From Minisyncoccota bacterium (GTDB lineage: Bacteria > Patescibacteriota > Minisyncoccia > Minisyncoccales > JAGOPM01): 64,000 nucleotides of DNA. The notes under the pieces are model-generated. The model worked only from the letters and a program-made list of their open reading frames with translations, made no database searches and was not told the DNA's origin. Where the stretch lies: assembly GCA_041651395.1 (NCBI GenBank), contig JBAZJI010000001.1:315920-379919 (forward strand), written 5' to 3'. Below, piece after piece: positions 52,185 through 60,987 of the stretch (position 1 is the first letter of the stretch; the number at the start of each line of letters is the position of its first letter). Position numbers and translations under genes: made by a program.

Positions 52185-52991
52185 ATGGCGAAAAATGTGC
52201 TTATTTTATTGGCGATTTGTGCTGTATTTCTGCTCTCGTGCCAAGAAATAGCCCCTTTGAGAGATGTGGATATTGTGGCGGTATTCGGTCAAGAATTAGT
52301 CGGAGTAGCCACAGTATTGAGCAATCCTTCTGCTCTTATTCTGGAACCAAAGATTGATGCCAAGTTAAGCGAGCCGATTTTTATTAAAAGGCTCAACCTG
52401 GCTTTTGAACCCGCTAAGTGGTTTGGTTTAGGCGATAGCTCAACAAGGGTTTTGCGTTTAACTATCGAGCTTGGCGGTTTTGAAAGCGTCAATTGGGAGT
52501 TTATTGATGAGGCGCAAGTTTTTTTGCTGCGCTACAACTCCAGCGGGCAGGCAGTGAGGCGTGATAACAACGGTGATCTAGATTCGTTGGTAATGAGGTT
52601 TGATCAAGAGAGTCGGCAGACTTCTTGCTTCCTGAATTATCCGGAAGGGCATTATCGGGTATTTACGCTTTGGCGCGCCAAGAAGAAAAATATTTTTGCC
52701 GTGCAATTCGATTGCCTGGAATTGGAACCGGGAAAATTCTGTCAGCTACTGCGCGCCCAGCCAGTGCTCGACTATGTCAACAATATCGCTGTGCGTGAAG
52801 TGGAGCATGAAATAAATTGCGAGACGCCAGGCTACTCTCAATGCGTTTACGGTCCGGATGAAAGCTGCGGCAATGTCCAAGCCAAATATCTCATTTTAGG
52901 CGAGGAATATGGCCGCCCTTCCGAACTGCAGATATTTGATTCTCCGAGTAAGGCTCTGGAATCTGCCAAATATCTCAAAAAAAATCCCTGA
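52185..52991 (+). CDS. Hypothetical lipoprotein
   Basis: 268 aa with a lipobox-like LLSC. Own promoter, GAGGAGG SD and terminator. No family recognised. Confidence 0.55.
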   Translation: MAKNVLILLAICAVFLLSCQEIAPLRDVDIVAVFGQELVGVATVLSNPSALILEPKIDAKLSEPIFIKRLNLAFEPAKWFGLGDSSTRVLRLTIELGGFESVNWEFIDEAQVFLLRYNSSGQAVRRDNNGDLDSLVMRFDQESRQTSCFLNYPEGHYRVFTLWRAKKKNIFAVQFDCLELEPGKFCQLLRAQPVLDYVNNIAVREVEHEINCETPGYSQCVYGPDESCGNVQAKYLILGEEYGRPSELQIFDSPSKALESAKYLKKNP

Positions 52992-53010
52992 ACGAACAGG
53001 GATTCTTTTA
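52984..53010. terminator. Bidirectional terminator between lipoprotein gene and metG
   Basis: ATCCCTG-AACGAA-CAGGGAT followed by TCTTTT. Confidence 0.7.
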
Positions 53011-53029
53011 TTACTAGAAATCAATTTAT

Positions 53030-54466
53030 TTAAGCGAGTTTAGCAAAAAGCGGCTGGGCTTTTTTAATATTTTGATTCTCTAAAGGTTTTGCCAAATCTG
53101 CCCAAGTTAGATTAAAGTGGTATGTTTGGGCGATTTTCTGGCAAGTGGAGGGCATAAAAGGGGAAAGAATAATAGCGATAGCCTTAATATTTTCCGCCAG
53201 CTTATAGAGTTCTTTTTTATCTTTTGTTTTCCAAACTTGCTGTGCATCTATATGGCGGTTGCAAACGCCGACAAAAGCCATAACACTTTCAAGAACTTTA
53301 TGAAATTCAAAAAGCCCGAATTTGTTTTCGATGTCTTGAAGATCGAGCTTTGCGATTAAATCATTCTCGCAGGCTTCAAAGCCTCCGGCTTTTTCGATTA
53401 GGGCTGAAACTCTCATGACGAGATTGCCAAGATTATTGGCCAAGGTATTATTGGTTTCGATAATGGCGGTTTTGCTTAAATCTCCATCCTGCCCAAAGGC
53501 TATGGCCGAAAAAAGGAAGTAGCGGGCCGTATCCACCCCGGCAATTTGGACCACTTCGGCGGGAGTGATATAGTTGCCTCCTGATTTGGAAATTTTATCC
53601 CCATTTAGCGTCCACCAACCGTGGACTGCCACATGTTTTGGCTGTTCTAAGCCGGCGGCAAACAAAATACCCGGCCAAATAACAGCATGAAACCACGCAA
53701 TATCTTTGGCCATAATATGGGCATCAGCTGGCCAGAATTTGGCAAAATTTCCCGTCCTGTCGGGATAGCCCAGGGCGGTTAAATAGTTTGTTAAAGCATC
53801 AAACCAGACGTAACAGACGTGTTCTTTATCAAATGGCAGCACAATGCCCCATTTAAGATTTTTGCGCGAAATAGAGATATCTTTTAAGCCTTCTCTAATA
53901 CGGTTGCAGATTTCGTCACGCCGGAAAGCGGGAAGGATGAAATCGCTTTCGCAAAGTTTCAAAATTTGTTCCTGATATCTGGAGAGTTTGAAAAAATAGG
54001 TTTCTTCCTCGAGCCATTGCACGGGCTTTTTGTGTATTGGGCAGCAGCCATTTTCCAAGTCTTTTTCTTGGAAGTAAGCCTCGCAGGCTGTGCAGTAGTG
54101 GCCAACGTATTTGCCAAGATAAATATCTCCCTTATCAAAAACTGTTTGTAAAATATATTCAACGGCTTTTTGGTGGTCACTATCAGTGGTGCGGATAAAG
54201 CGATTATATTTTATATCCAAAACTTCCCAAGCTTTTTTGAATTCTGGGATTAAGGTATCCACAAAGGCTTTGGGCTCCATGTTTTGGGCTTGGGCCGCTT
54301 CCTCGATTTTTTTACCGTGTTCGTCGGTGCCGGTTAAAAAATAAGTCTCCTCACCTTTGAGCTTGTGGTAGCGATTGACAATATCGGCAGCCACCGTGGT
54401 ATAGGCGTGGCCGATATGAGGTATGCCATTGGGGTAATATATCGGAGTCGTAACGTAATACTTCAT
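53030..54466 (-). CDS. metG: Methionyl-tRNA synthetase (short form)
   Basis: 478 aa. HIGH motif (PHIGHAY), KMSKS motif (KISKSGG), and a zinc knuckle CTACE..CCPIH. Confidence 0.92.
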   Translation of the reverse strand: MKYYVTTPIYYPNGIPHIGHAYTTVAADIVNRYHKLKGEETYFLTGTDEHGKKIEEAAQAQNMEPKAFVDTLIPEFKKAWEVLDIKYNRFIRTTDSDHQKAVEYILQTVFDKGDIYLGKYVGHYCTACEAYFQEKDLENGCCPIHKKPVQWLEEETYFFKLSRYQEQILKLCESDFILPAFRRDEICNRIREGLKDISISRKNLKWGIVLPFDKEHVCYVWFDALTNYLTALGYPDRTGNFAKFWPADAHIMAKDIAWFHAVIWPGILFAAGLEQPKHVAVHGWWTLNGDKISKSGGNYITPAEVVQIAGVDTARYFLFSAIAFGQDGDLSKTAIIETNNTLANNLGNLVMRVSALIEKAGGFEACENDLIAKLDLQDIENKFGLFEFHKVLESVMAFVGVCNRHIDAQQVWKTKDKKELYKLAENIKAIAIILSPFMPSTCQKIAQTYHFNLTWADLAKPLENQNIKKAQPLFAKLA

Positions 54467-54575
54467 AAAATCAAAGATTAAAATTAAGGTAGGCGCACTG
54501 CGCCATTTCCCTTTCTATATTATGCTAAATTTTAACAATTTGGCAACATGAAAAATGGTGGTATAATGCGGTTAT

Positions 54576-55232
54576 ATGAATACACTGAAAATAATTTCTT
54601 TATTTTTGGTCATTATATCTATTGCGTTAAGCTTTTGGCTATATCCGCAAATGCCTAGTATTCTGCCAAATCATTGGGGTATTAGCGGGGAAGCTGATGG
54701 TTATGCCAGCAAGGAATCGGCCCTTTTTGCTTTTCCGCTTTTGCTTTTAGTTATTTTTATTTTGCTTAATTGGTTGCCCAAAGCCGATCCTAAGCAGGAA
54801 AATATTGTTTTTAACCAAAAATATCTGGATAGAGTGATATTAGCGCTAATGGTTTTTATGTTTGTTGTTAATATTGGCACTAGCGCATTGTATTTAGGTT
54901 ATTCTTTCAATTTTGGAGATTTAATGCTGCCGCTCTTAGGTTTGCTTTTCGTGTTCATTGGAAAAAATATAGAAAATATCAAGCCTAATTGGTTTTTTGG
55001 CATCCGCACCCCGTGGACAATCAATAATGAAGATATTTGGTCAAAAACCCATAAGATAGGTTCAAAAATGTTTGTCGGTTTAGGCTTTTCACTTATTATC
55101 ATTTGGGCCTTGTCATGGTTTAAGTTTTTTAGCAAAGAGGTTGTCTTTTTTATTTTTATGGGGGAGATGATTGCGGTAGTTATTTGGAGCTTTGCTTATC
55201 CTTATTTACTCTGGAAAAAAGGAAAAAAATAA
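54576..55232 (+). CDS. SdpI/DUF1648-family membrane protein
   Basis: 218 aa. It has the block P.HW...G..DGY and NWFFGIRTPWT..NEDIW..THK. Confidence 0.62.
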   Translation: MNTLKIISLFLVIISIALSFWLYPQMPSILPNHWGISGEADGYASKESALFAFPLLLLVIFILLNWLPKADPKQENIVFNQKYLDRVILALMVFMFVVNIGTSALYLGYSFNFGDLMLPLLGLLFVFIGKNIENIKPNWFFGIRTPWTINNEDIWSKTHKIGSKMFVGLGFSLIIIWALSWFKFFSKEVVFFIFMGEMIAVVIWSFAYPYLLWKKGKK

Positions 55233-55237
55233 TTAGA

Positions 55238-55267
55238 AAATCACCGTTGACGAAACGGTGATTTTTT
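55238..55267 (+). terminator. Terminator of SdpI-like gene
   Basis: TCACCGTT-GACGA-AACGGTGA followed by TTTTTT. Confidence 0.8.
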
Positions 55268-55306
55268 GTTTTAATAGTCTAAATTCAAAATTGAATAAGG
55301 AGGATA

Positions 55307-55828
55307 ATGAAGGTGAATTGGTTTATGCTGGCGATTAGCGCTGCTTTGCTTTGGGGCTTGGGTGCCTTTGTCAATAAAATTGCCGTGGGTATTTTTAAGG
55401 CTCCCTCAACCACGGCTATGCTATTCATGGGAGTGGGCATTGGGGCAAGCGTGATTATCTATTTTCTAGTTAAAACTCCGCAGCTGGCGCCGTGGTTAAA
55501 AGTATTTGGCATTGCCTTATGCGCCCTTTTGGCGGCTTTTACAGTTTGCGTGGCCGCTTTTCACTGCCCGGAGCTTAAGTGGCAAGGCCTAGCAATCGCA
55601 TTTTTGGCCGGAGTAATTTGGACAGCTGGCCAGGTGGTGGTTTTTATCGCACTAGACGGTGGGGCAAACGCTTCCCGCCTGGCTCCGATTTACAACCTGA
55701 ATACAGTTGTAACTGTAATCTTGGCTTTGCTCTTTTTAAGCGAAGGGCCGGGAAATTTTTGGGGATACGCCCGTATTGCCGGAGCGGTCATTTGCAGTAT
55801 TGGCACCGGATTGCTGGTAAATTTTTAA
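55307..55828 (+). CDS. EamA/DMT-like small membrane transporter
   Basis: 173 aa with about five TM helices. The start motif ISAALLWGLGAFVNK is EamA-like. AAGGAGG lies 3 nt before the ATG. Confidence 0.5.
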   Translation: MKVNWFMLAISAALLWGLGAFVNKIAVGIFKAPSTTAMLFMGVGIGASVIIYFLVKTPQLAPWLKVFGIALCALLAAFTVCVAAFHCPELKWQGLAIAFLAGVIWTAGQVVVFIALDGGANASRLAPIYNLNTVVTVILALLFLSEGPGNFWGYARIAGAVICSIGTGLLVNF

Positions 55829-55922
55829 GATATCTGCCCTTAAGGGTGGATTTTTTTATGCTTGTGGAAAACAAAACTGACAATGTTTCCGTTTATGTTA
55901 TAATTTTGTAACAAAATAAAAT

Positions 55923-56282
55923 ATGTTCAAAGAAATTTCTAATGTTTTTCAGAAAAAGACAGCATTCAAGTATGTAATTTTTGCCCTGATTTGGACTTTG
56001 GTCATTATGGTTCTATTCAGCGTTCTTGCTCCATGGGCCAATAAAGCTTTTGGCGGTGATGGAGAGCAGACGCTTTATACTTTGGCCGTTTCCGCATTTT
56101 TACCCGGTATTTGGCTTTATTTGGGATTCAAGGCTGTTGTTTATGCAATGCGGGAATTGCAAGGCAAGAAAACTAAAATTGTTTTCACGATTTTGGCTGC
56201 TCTAATGGCTTTAGGCTTAATTTTTGTCGCAATTTATCAAGCCTTAATGGTTCTTTACGCTGCCGGTTTTATTGCAATTTGA
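55923..56282 (+). CDS. Hypothetical membrane protein
   Basis: 119 aa with three predicted TM helices. Confidence 0.45.
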   Translation: MFKEISNVFQKKTAFKYVIFALIWTLVIMVLFSVLAPWANKAFGGDGEQTLYTLAVSAFLPGIWLYLGFKAVVYAMRELQGKKTKIVFTILAALMALGLIFVAIYQALMVLYAAGFIAI

Positions 56283-56291
56283 GCCTAACTG

Positions 56292-56326
56292 AAAACTCCG
56301 GCCCATTAAGGGTCGGAGTTTTTTTA
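56292..56326. terminator. Bidirectional terminator
   Basis: AAAACTCCGGCCC-ATTAA-GGGTCGGAGTTTTTTT lies between convergent genes. Confidence 0.75.
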
Positions 56327-56800
56327 TAACCGTTGAGACTTTTTCTTTTCTTCGCGCCACTCAATCAGATCTTCTTTGTCGCAATATTCCAACCAAGTGC
56401 CATCGGAGGAAACTACATACCATTTCTTTTTGGCCTCACTCCAAACCATTGGGTCGCCCATATAAAAGGGTTTTTTAACAATTTCTTTGGGTTTGAGTTT
56501 ATCAAGCTCCAGCCATTTTTTGAAAACAGTTTCAATCGAGTAGTCTAAATTCCGGCTGCTGGCCCAGTCTGCCACCTTGCGGATGGCGTCTATTGCTTCC
56601 TGCGGGCTACCGGCCAAATCAATAAGCTGTTTGGCGGGTTTGGTAAAGCGGGAATAGATTATTTTTCTCTTTTTGGCATCTTCTTTTATTTGTTCTAAAG
56701 TTAGGCCCTTGGTTTCAAAATAAAAATTAACCACCTTTTGGATAGGGGAAGGCTCGGGTAGAGTTTGCTGGATATGCTTCTCGGCTTTCTTTTTGGGCAT
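56324..56800 (-). CDS. Hypothetical protein co-transcribed with PadR-like regulator
   Basis: 158 aa, lysine-rich. It starts 5 nt downstream of the PadR-like gene on the minus strand. Confidence 0.5.
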   Translation of the reverse strand: MPKKKAEKHIQQTLPEPSPIQKVVNFYFETKGLTLEQIKEDAKKRKIIYSRFTKPAKQLIDLAGSPQEAIDAIRKVADWASSRNLDYSIETVFKKWLELDKLKPKEIVKKPFYMGDPMVWSEAKKKWYVVSSDGTWLEYCDKEDLIEWREEKKKSQRL

Positions 56801-56805
56801 TTTAA

Positions 56806-57120
56806 TTAAGAGATATTAGTGAGAGCGTTTTCCAATAAGTCTTTGGCTTTGCGCAATTCCTCGTTTCCCTTGGGAGTGATTTTATAAATTCTTTTGCGAT
56901 CAATCAAATAACTTTTAACAAAACCATCTTCTTCGAGGCGATATAAAACTCGGTAAGCTGTAATCTCGCCCGGCTTAAAACCGAATTTTTTTTCGATGAG
57001 CTCTCGCATTTCGTAAGCATAGAGCGGATGGTCTTCATTAGCATTCTTTACCAAGACCAAAATATACATCCAGAGATTTTCGATGGTATTTGATTGATTG
57101 AGGCGTTCAATTGGCAGCAT
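56806..57120 (-). CDS. PadR-like winged-helix transcriptional regulator (paralog 1)
   Basis: 104 aa. The pattern LWMYILVLV...YAYEM..LIEKKFGFKPGEITAYRVLYRLEEDGFV....R.YKITPKG is PadR-like. Confidence 0.7.
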   Translation of the reverse strand: MLPIERLNQSNTIENLWMYILVLVKNANEDHPLYAYEMRELIEKKFGFKPGEITAYRVLYRLEEDGFVKSYLIDRKRIYKITPKGNEELRKAKDLLENALTNIS

Positions 57121-57127
57121 AGGCTTG

Positions 57128-57155
57128 TTGACTTACTATTTTACACCTGTAAAAT
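57128..57155 (+). promoter_or_regulatory. Promoter of PadR-like paralog 2/HAD operon in the divergent PadR intergenic region
   Basis: TTGACT (57128), 16-nt spacer, TAAAAT (57150). The near-palindrome TTACACCTGTAA overlaps the spacer and -10. No SD precedes ATG 57205. Confidence 0.45.
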
Positions 57156-57204
57156 AAAAATGAAAGACTTGATTTATCATAAAATAAATTTTTTAATATT
57201 CAAT

Positions 57205-57519
57205 ATGCAACCCCTTGAAAGGCTCAAAGCCAGCACCACGTCAGGGAATATCTGGATTTATATTCTACTTTTAGGTAAAGATCGGGATGTGATTTCCGAT
57301 AAACTGCCGGAGCTTATTTATGAAAAATTCGGATTTTTGCCGAATAGCGTTTTGGCTATGGCGGTTTTGTTCCGGCTTAAAGCCGAAGGCTATGTTACTC
57401 AAGAGAGATTTCAAAGCCAATCAGCCTACAAAACCACTTCTAAAGGTTTAGACGAGCTTAATCGGGCCAGAGAATACACTTTAGGCCTTTTGGAAAGATT
57501 CAGAAAAGCGCAGGCATGA
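57205..57519 (+). CDS. PadR-like regulator (paralog 2)
   Basis: I use ATG 57205; the track start at 57094 runs through the divergent promoter. The 104-aa product aligns with paralogs 1 and 3 (IWIYILLLG..LIYEKFGFLPNSV..LFRLKAEGYV). Confidence 0.6.
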   Translation: MQPLERLKASTTSGNIWIYILLLGKDRDVISDKLPELIYEKFGFLPNSVLAMAVLFRLKAEGYVTQERFQSQSAYKTTSKGLDELNRAREYTLGLLERFRKAQA

Positions 57520-58175
57520 ATGGCTATAAGGCAATAATTTTTGATCTTGATGGAACAACTTTGGATACTGAAGGTGTCCATTTTGATAGTTGGAATTTTG
57601 CCTTGGCTAAACACGGCAAAAATCTTTCTGAACAGGAATATCTCCGATATGCCGGGCGCCATGAGCAGATAGTGGCTAGTGCGGTTATTCCGGATTTGAA
57701 AATTTCCGACTTAACGGTTGAAAAACTCATAGATTACCGGCACGAATATCTCGATACACATATGTATTGCGGCCTTAAATACATGCCCGGAGCCCTGCAG
57801 GCCCTGGAAAAGTTTAATGAAGAGAATTTTATCGTGGCGGCCGCCACGGGTGGTATTTTGGGAGAAACACAGCGTAAAATTCAGAGTGCGGGGTTACAAA
57901 AGTATTTTCGTTTGATAGTGTGTGCCGACCACGTCAAGAGAGGGAAGCCCTTTCCAGATATTTATGAGTATTGTGCTGACCGGCTCGGCGTTGTGCCCAG
58001 CCAGTGTTTAGTTTTTGAGGACTCCAATCCAGGTGCCTTAGCCGCTTTTCAGGCCGGCTGCCATGTAGTGGCTATTCCGAACCGCTGGACAAAGGAGCAG
58101 GATTTTTCTATGGCTATTGCGCGGTTCGAAAATTTTGATCAAGCAATGGAATATTTTTTCCCCAATAATGTTTGA
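57516..58175 (+). CDS. HAD-superfamily hydrolase (beta-phosphoglucomutase-like subfamily IA)
   Basis: 219 aa. Motif I is IIFDLDGTTLDTE; it also has KRGKPFPD and FEDSNPG. ATGA overlap with PadR-like paralog 2. Confidence 0.85.
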   Translation: MNGYKAIIFDLDGTTLDTEGVHFDSWNFALAKHGKNLSEQEYLRYAGRHEQIVASAVIPDLKISDLTVEKLIDYRHEYLDTHMYCGLKYMPGALQALEKFNEENFIVAAATGGILGETQRKIQSAGLQKYFRLIVCADHVKRGKPFPDIYEYCADRLGVVPSQCLVFEDSNPGALAAFQAGCHVVAIPNRWTKEQDFSMAIARFENFDQAMEYFFPNNV

Positions 58176-58227
58176 CAAAGCGGGATATTTTGGCAAACAT
58201 AAGAAAGCAACTTAAATCGAAAGGAGG
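58172..58227 (+). promoter_or_regulatory. Promoter + SD of 192-aa gene
   Basis: TTGACA (58172), 17-nt spacer, a weak -10 AAACAT, then the leader TTAAATCGAAAGGAGG (58213-58227). Confidence 0.45.
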
Positions 58228-58235
58228 CGGGGGCT

Positions 58236-58814
58236 ATGATTTCGGCGCCAGTGAGCACTGTTTTGATTTGGGATCCGGTTGATGTTCTTATTCATGACCA
58301 GAATGCGCTTGCACCAACCGGCAGTGGGGAAATTTGTTTTGAAAGTCGCAATGAGTCATTAGTGCCTCTGACCTTGATTGCCCGACTACCAGAAGTCAGG
58401 CAGATTATCTCAACCATCGTCAGTAGGCATTTATTCCATGATTGGATAGCATATTATAAATTGGACGGGTTGTTTGTTCGGTCCTATTTTTCCAAGAATG
58501 GAACAGCCAAAGAGCATTGTGATTTGATAAAAAACGAATTTCCAACGGCAAAGCGGATAATTTATATTACCAGTGTTGCGCGCAACCTTGACGCACTTTG
58601 TTCACTAGCCGGCCCGGAAAAGAGATTTGAGTCGCCGTGGCAGGAAAAGAAATTGCTCACTTTGGCGTTTTGTCCACACGAATGCCGGTGCCAATTTCGC
58701 GACGCTCAAGCCATTCAAAGATTGGCGGGATATTTTCAAAGAGGTGCTGATCTTATCGTGCAGAATACTGCTGAAGTATACGAAATTGTGCAAAGTTTGT
58801 TAGCTAAACCATAA
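58236..58814 (+). CDS. Hypothetical protein
   Basis: 192 aa with an SD-class leader (TTAAATCGAAAGGAGG) and its own terminator. No family recognised. Confidence 0.55.
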   Translation: MISAPVSTVLIWDPVDVLIHDQNALAPTGSGEICFESRNESLVPLTLIARLPEVRQIISTIVSRHLFHDWIAYYKLDGLFVRSYFSKNGTAKEHCDLIKNEFPTAKRIIYITSVARNLDALCSLAGPEKRFESPWQEKKLLTLAFCPHECRCQFRDAQAIQRLAGYFQRGADLIVQNTAEVYEIVQSLLAKP

Positions 58815-58834
58815 GCGGGGAATTCCCGCTTTTT
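58815..58834 (+). terminator. Terminator of 192-aa gene
   Basis: GCGGGGAATTCCCGC followed by TTTTT. Confidence 0.75.
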
Positions 58835-58862
58835 ATCCTTTATTTATAAGGATTTTCCTATA

Positions 58863-58891
58863 TTGACTAATTAAGCAATATATGGTATACT
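58863..58891 (+). promoter_or_regulatory. Promoter of PadR-like paralog 3
   Basis: TTGACT (58863), 17-nt spacer, TATACT (58886). The leader contains the small hairpin AGTCG-GATTA-CGACT and has no SD. Confidence 0.5.
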
Positions 58892-58923
58892 ATAAAATAT
58901 AGTCGGATTACGACTCAAAATAT

Positions 58924-59235
58924 ATGCTTAAGTTCACAACGCCCAGCGAAAAGCTGCAGAAGACTACTACCCACGATAATTTGTGGATGTACATCTTGTA
59001 TTTAGGATACGAGAAAGAAATCCCAGTTGAAGATGTGCCGCGTCTGATCTATGAGCAGTTTGGCTTTTTGCCTAACGCCATAGTGGTGGAAACTGTTATG
59101 TTTAGGTTGCGCAAGAAAGGATATATTTCCGACGAGTGCTACCAAAGCAAGGCAGCTTTCAAAACCACCAAGAAAGGAGCCCAACAGCTCACTTCTATGG
59201 AACAGATGTTCAAGGAAATGTTGCAGATTTTCTAA
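58924..59235 (+). CDS. PadR-like regulator (paralog 3)
   Basis: 103 aa. LWMYILYLG..LIYEQFGFLPNAI..MFRLRKKGYI..FKTTKKG is closest to paralog 2. Its promoter is TTGACT-17-TATACT. Confidence 0.6.
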   Translation: MLKFTTPSEKLQKTTTHDNLWMYILYLGYEKEIPVEDVPRLIYEQFGFLPNAIVVETVMFRLRKKGYISDECYQSKAAFKTTKKGAQQLTSMEQMFKEMLQIF

Positions 59236-59249
59236 ACTCTAAAGCAAAA

Positions 59250-59271
59250 GCCCCGCAATCGCGGGGTTTTT
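59250..59271 (+). terminator. Terminator of PadR-like paralog 3
   Basis: CCCCGC-AATC-GCGGGG followed by TTTTT. Confidence 0.8.
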
Positions 59272-59300
59272 GTGTCTAATAAAGCTGAAATTTTGTAGGG

Positions 59301-59356
59301 TTGCAAAAAGTATGTTTTGTGTTATATTTTTATCAGCAAATTAAATCGAAAGGAGG
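59301..59356 (+). promoter_or_regulatory. Promoter + SD of HAD2/ATP-grasp operon
   Basis: TTGCAA (59301), 16-nt spacer, TATATT (59323), then the leader TTAAATCGAAAGGAGG (59341-59356). Confidence 0.55.
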
Positions 59357-59362
59357 TTTGCG

Positions 59363-60079
59363 ATGGATTTCAAAGGAGCTATTTTGGACTTCGATGAAGT
59401 TTTGGGGCGAACCGAAGGCTATCAATATCTCAAGTGGAATGTGATCTTAGGGCCGCGCTACGGTGTTTGGCTGACTCCGCAGGATTACGCTTCAAAGTAT
59501 TGCGGAAAATCATCCAAAGATGAGATTCCAGCGCTTTTGTGCCAGCATTTTCCACAGATAGAGATTAGCCCAAGCAAATTGGCTGATCTTGCCCGCCAAG
59601 AACTCGATTATTTTTTTGGCGAGCATAAGATTGAGCTTATGCCTGGGGCGCATGCTGGTTTAGTGACGCTTGCCAACTACTTTGGCTTGGAAAATATGTC
59701 GGTATGTTCAGCCAAAAATGATGAGGAATTGGAGATGAAACTGGTTAGTGCGCAAGTTGAGTGGTGGTTTCCGGGAACAAAAGATAGGAAGCATCGTTCT
59801 ACGCAAGAGGAAGCGGGAAAAGGAAAGCCGGCGCCAGATATGTATATTCTGGCTGCCAAGCGTTTAGGGTTTGAGCCTAAAGAGTGTTTTGCGGTTGAAG
59901 ATACGCAAGCAGGAGTAGATGCAGCTGCCGCCGCTGGCGTTTATGTGGTGGCAATGCCAACCATATTCTCGACCGGCCAAGATTTGAGCCGCGCCAATTT
60001 GATTCTTAAAGGTGGCTGGCCAGAGTTTATTGCCAATGCAGAATTGATTCTGAATTGCAAATATGTTCCAAGTGCGTAG
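59363..60079 (+). CDS. HAD-superfamily hydrolase, divergent motif I
   Basis: 238 aa. Motif I is AILDFDEVLGRTE; it also has GKGKPAPD and VEDTQAG. Confidence 0.72.
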   Translation: MDFKGAILDFDEVLGRTEGYQYLKWNVILGPRYGVWLTPQDYASKYCGKSSKDEIPALLCQHFPQIEISPSKLADLARQELDYFFGEHKIELMPGAHAGLVTLANYFGLENMSVCSAKNDEELEMKLVSAQVEWWFPGTKDRKHRSTQEEAGKGKPAPDMYILAAKRLGFEPKECFAVEDTQAGVDAAAAAGVYVVAMPTIFSTGQDLSRANLILKGGWPEFIANAELILNCKYVPSA

Positions 60080-60086
60080 AGGAGGA

Positions 60087-60908
60087 ATGATGCTAAAAGT
60101 TGTTTCGATTTATCGCGAAACAAAAAATGCAGGCAAGCCAAGGGCGGATAATGAGATCCTGGATAAAACTGGAACCCAATTTTCCAAACGAAGCTTCGAA
60201 ACGTTCTATATGGCGGCAGATGATTTTCTAGCGAATCTCGGAGCTCAATATAGCGCTGACATAATTCTAAGCATGGCTAGAGGCCCACAGATAAATAGTA
60301 CTCTGGCACTACTTCAAAGGCAGACGAATGTTTTTATTGTAAATCCGCCAGAAGCAGTGAGTGCGAGTTTGAGCAAAGTTGATACGTACAGGAGGCTTGA
60401 CCGTTTTGGCGTGTTGATTCCTAAATGCGAGATTTGGGAAACCGAAGCTCTGCAGAACCTTGAACTAAAAGGCAAGCAAATTTTGAAATCTGCCTATGGG
60501 CACGATATGTGGTTTGTGGTGCAAAATGCCAGCCAGCTCGAAGCTGCAATGAACTACTACCAGAAAAAGGGAATTGAGCAGGTAATAAAGCAGGATTTTA
60601 TACTCGGAGTCGATATAAAATTCTATGGAATCGGAGATCGGGTTATCCTGCCAGAGAGCGCAGATAGCTTACCGTGCGAGATCTTGAACAAGATTCCGAT
60701 TGCCGTAGAGCAGATCCGCAAAGCCACAAGCTTAGATGTTTTTGGTGGAGATCTAATCGCTGATGTCGCCAGCAATAAGCTTTATTGCGTTGATGCGAAT
60801 GACTGGCCAAGCTTTGGAACACTGGCGAATTATTCTCAAAGCCAAGCGGCACAAGATATTGCAACGCACATCATTGACAGCTTTAATGCTCAGAGAAGTA
60901 ATAAATAA
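60087..60908 (+). CDS. ATP-grasp-like enzyme (RimK/inositol-phosphate-kinase-like fold)
   Basis: ATG 60087 directly follows AGAGGAGG inside the HAD gene's 3' end. It has ILKSAYGHDMWFV, VIKQDFI.G.DIKFY and the terminal motif CVDANDWPSF. Confidence 0.55.
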   Translation: MMLKVVSIYRETKNAGKPRADNEILDKTGTQFSKRSFETFYMAADDFLANLGAQYSADIILSMARGPQINSTLALLQRQTNVFIVNPPEAVSASLSKVDTYRRLDRFGVLIPKCEIWETEALQNLELKGKQILKSAYGHDMWFVVQNASQLEAAMNYYQKKGIEQVIKQDFILGVDIKFYGIGDRVILPESADSLPCEILNKIPIAVEQIRKATSLDVFGGDLIADVASNKLYCVDANDWPSFGTLANYSQSQAAQDIATHIIDSFNAQRSNK

Positions 60909-60987
60909 CCCAAAAGGGCAACGTATGTTGCCCTTATTTATATTGCTATTTTAGCCAAAAGTGGTATTTTAACTTAATAACAATAAT

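Noticed and set aside
58236-58814. The 192-aa protein as a third, degenerate HAD hydrolase (VLIWDPVDVLIHD near its N-terminus).
   Set aside because: The spacing is D-x-x-D rather than the DxD nucleophile motif, and I could not identify motifs II-IV with confidence. It is left as hypothetical.
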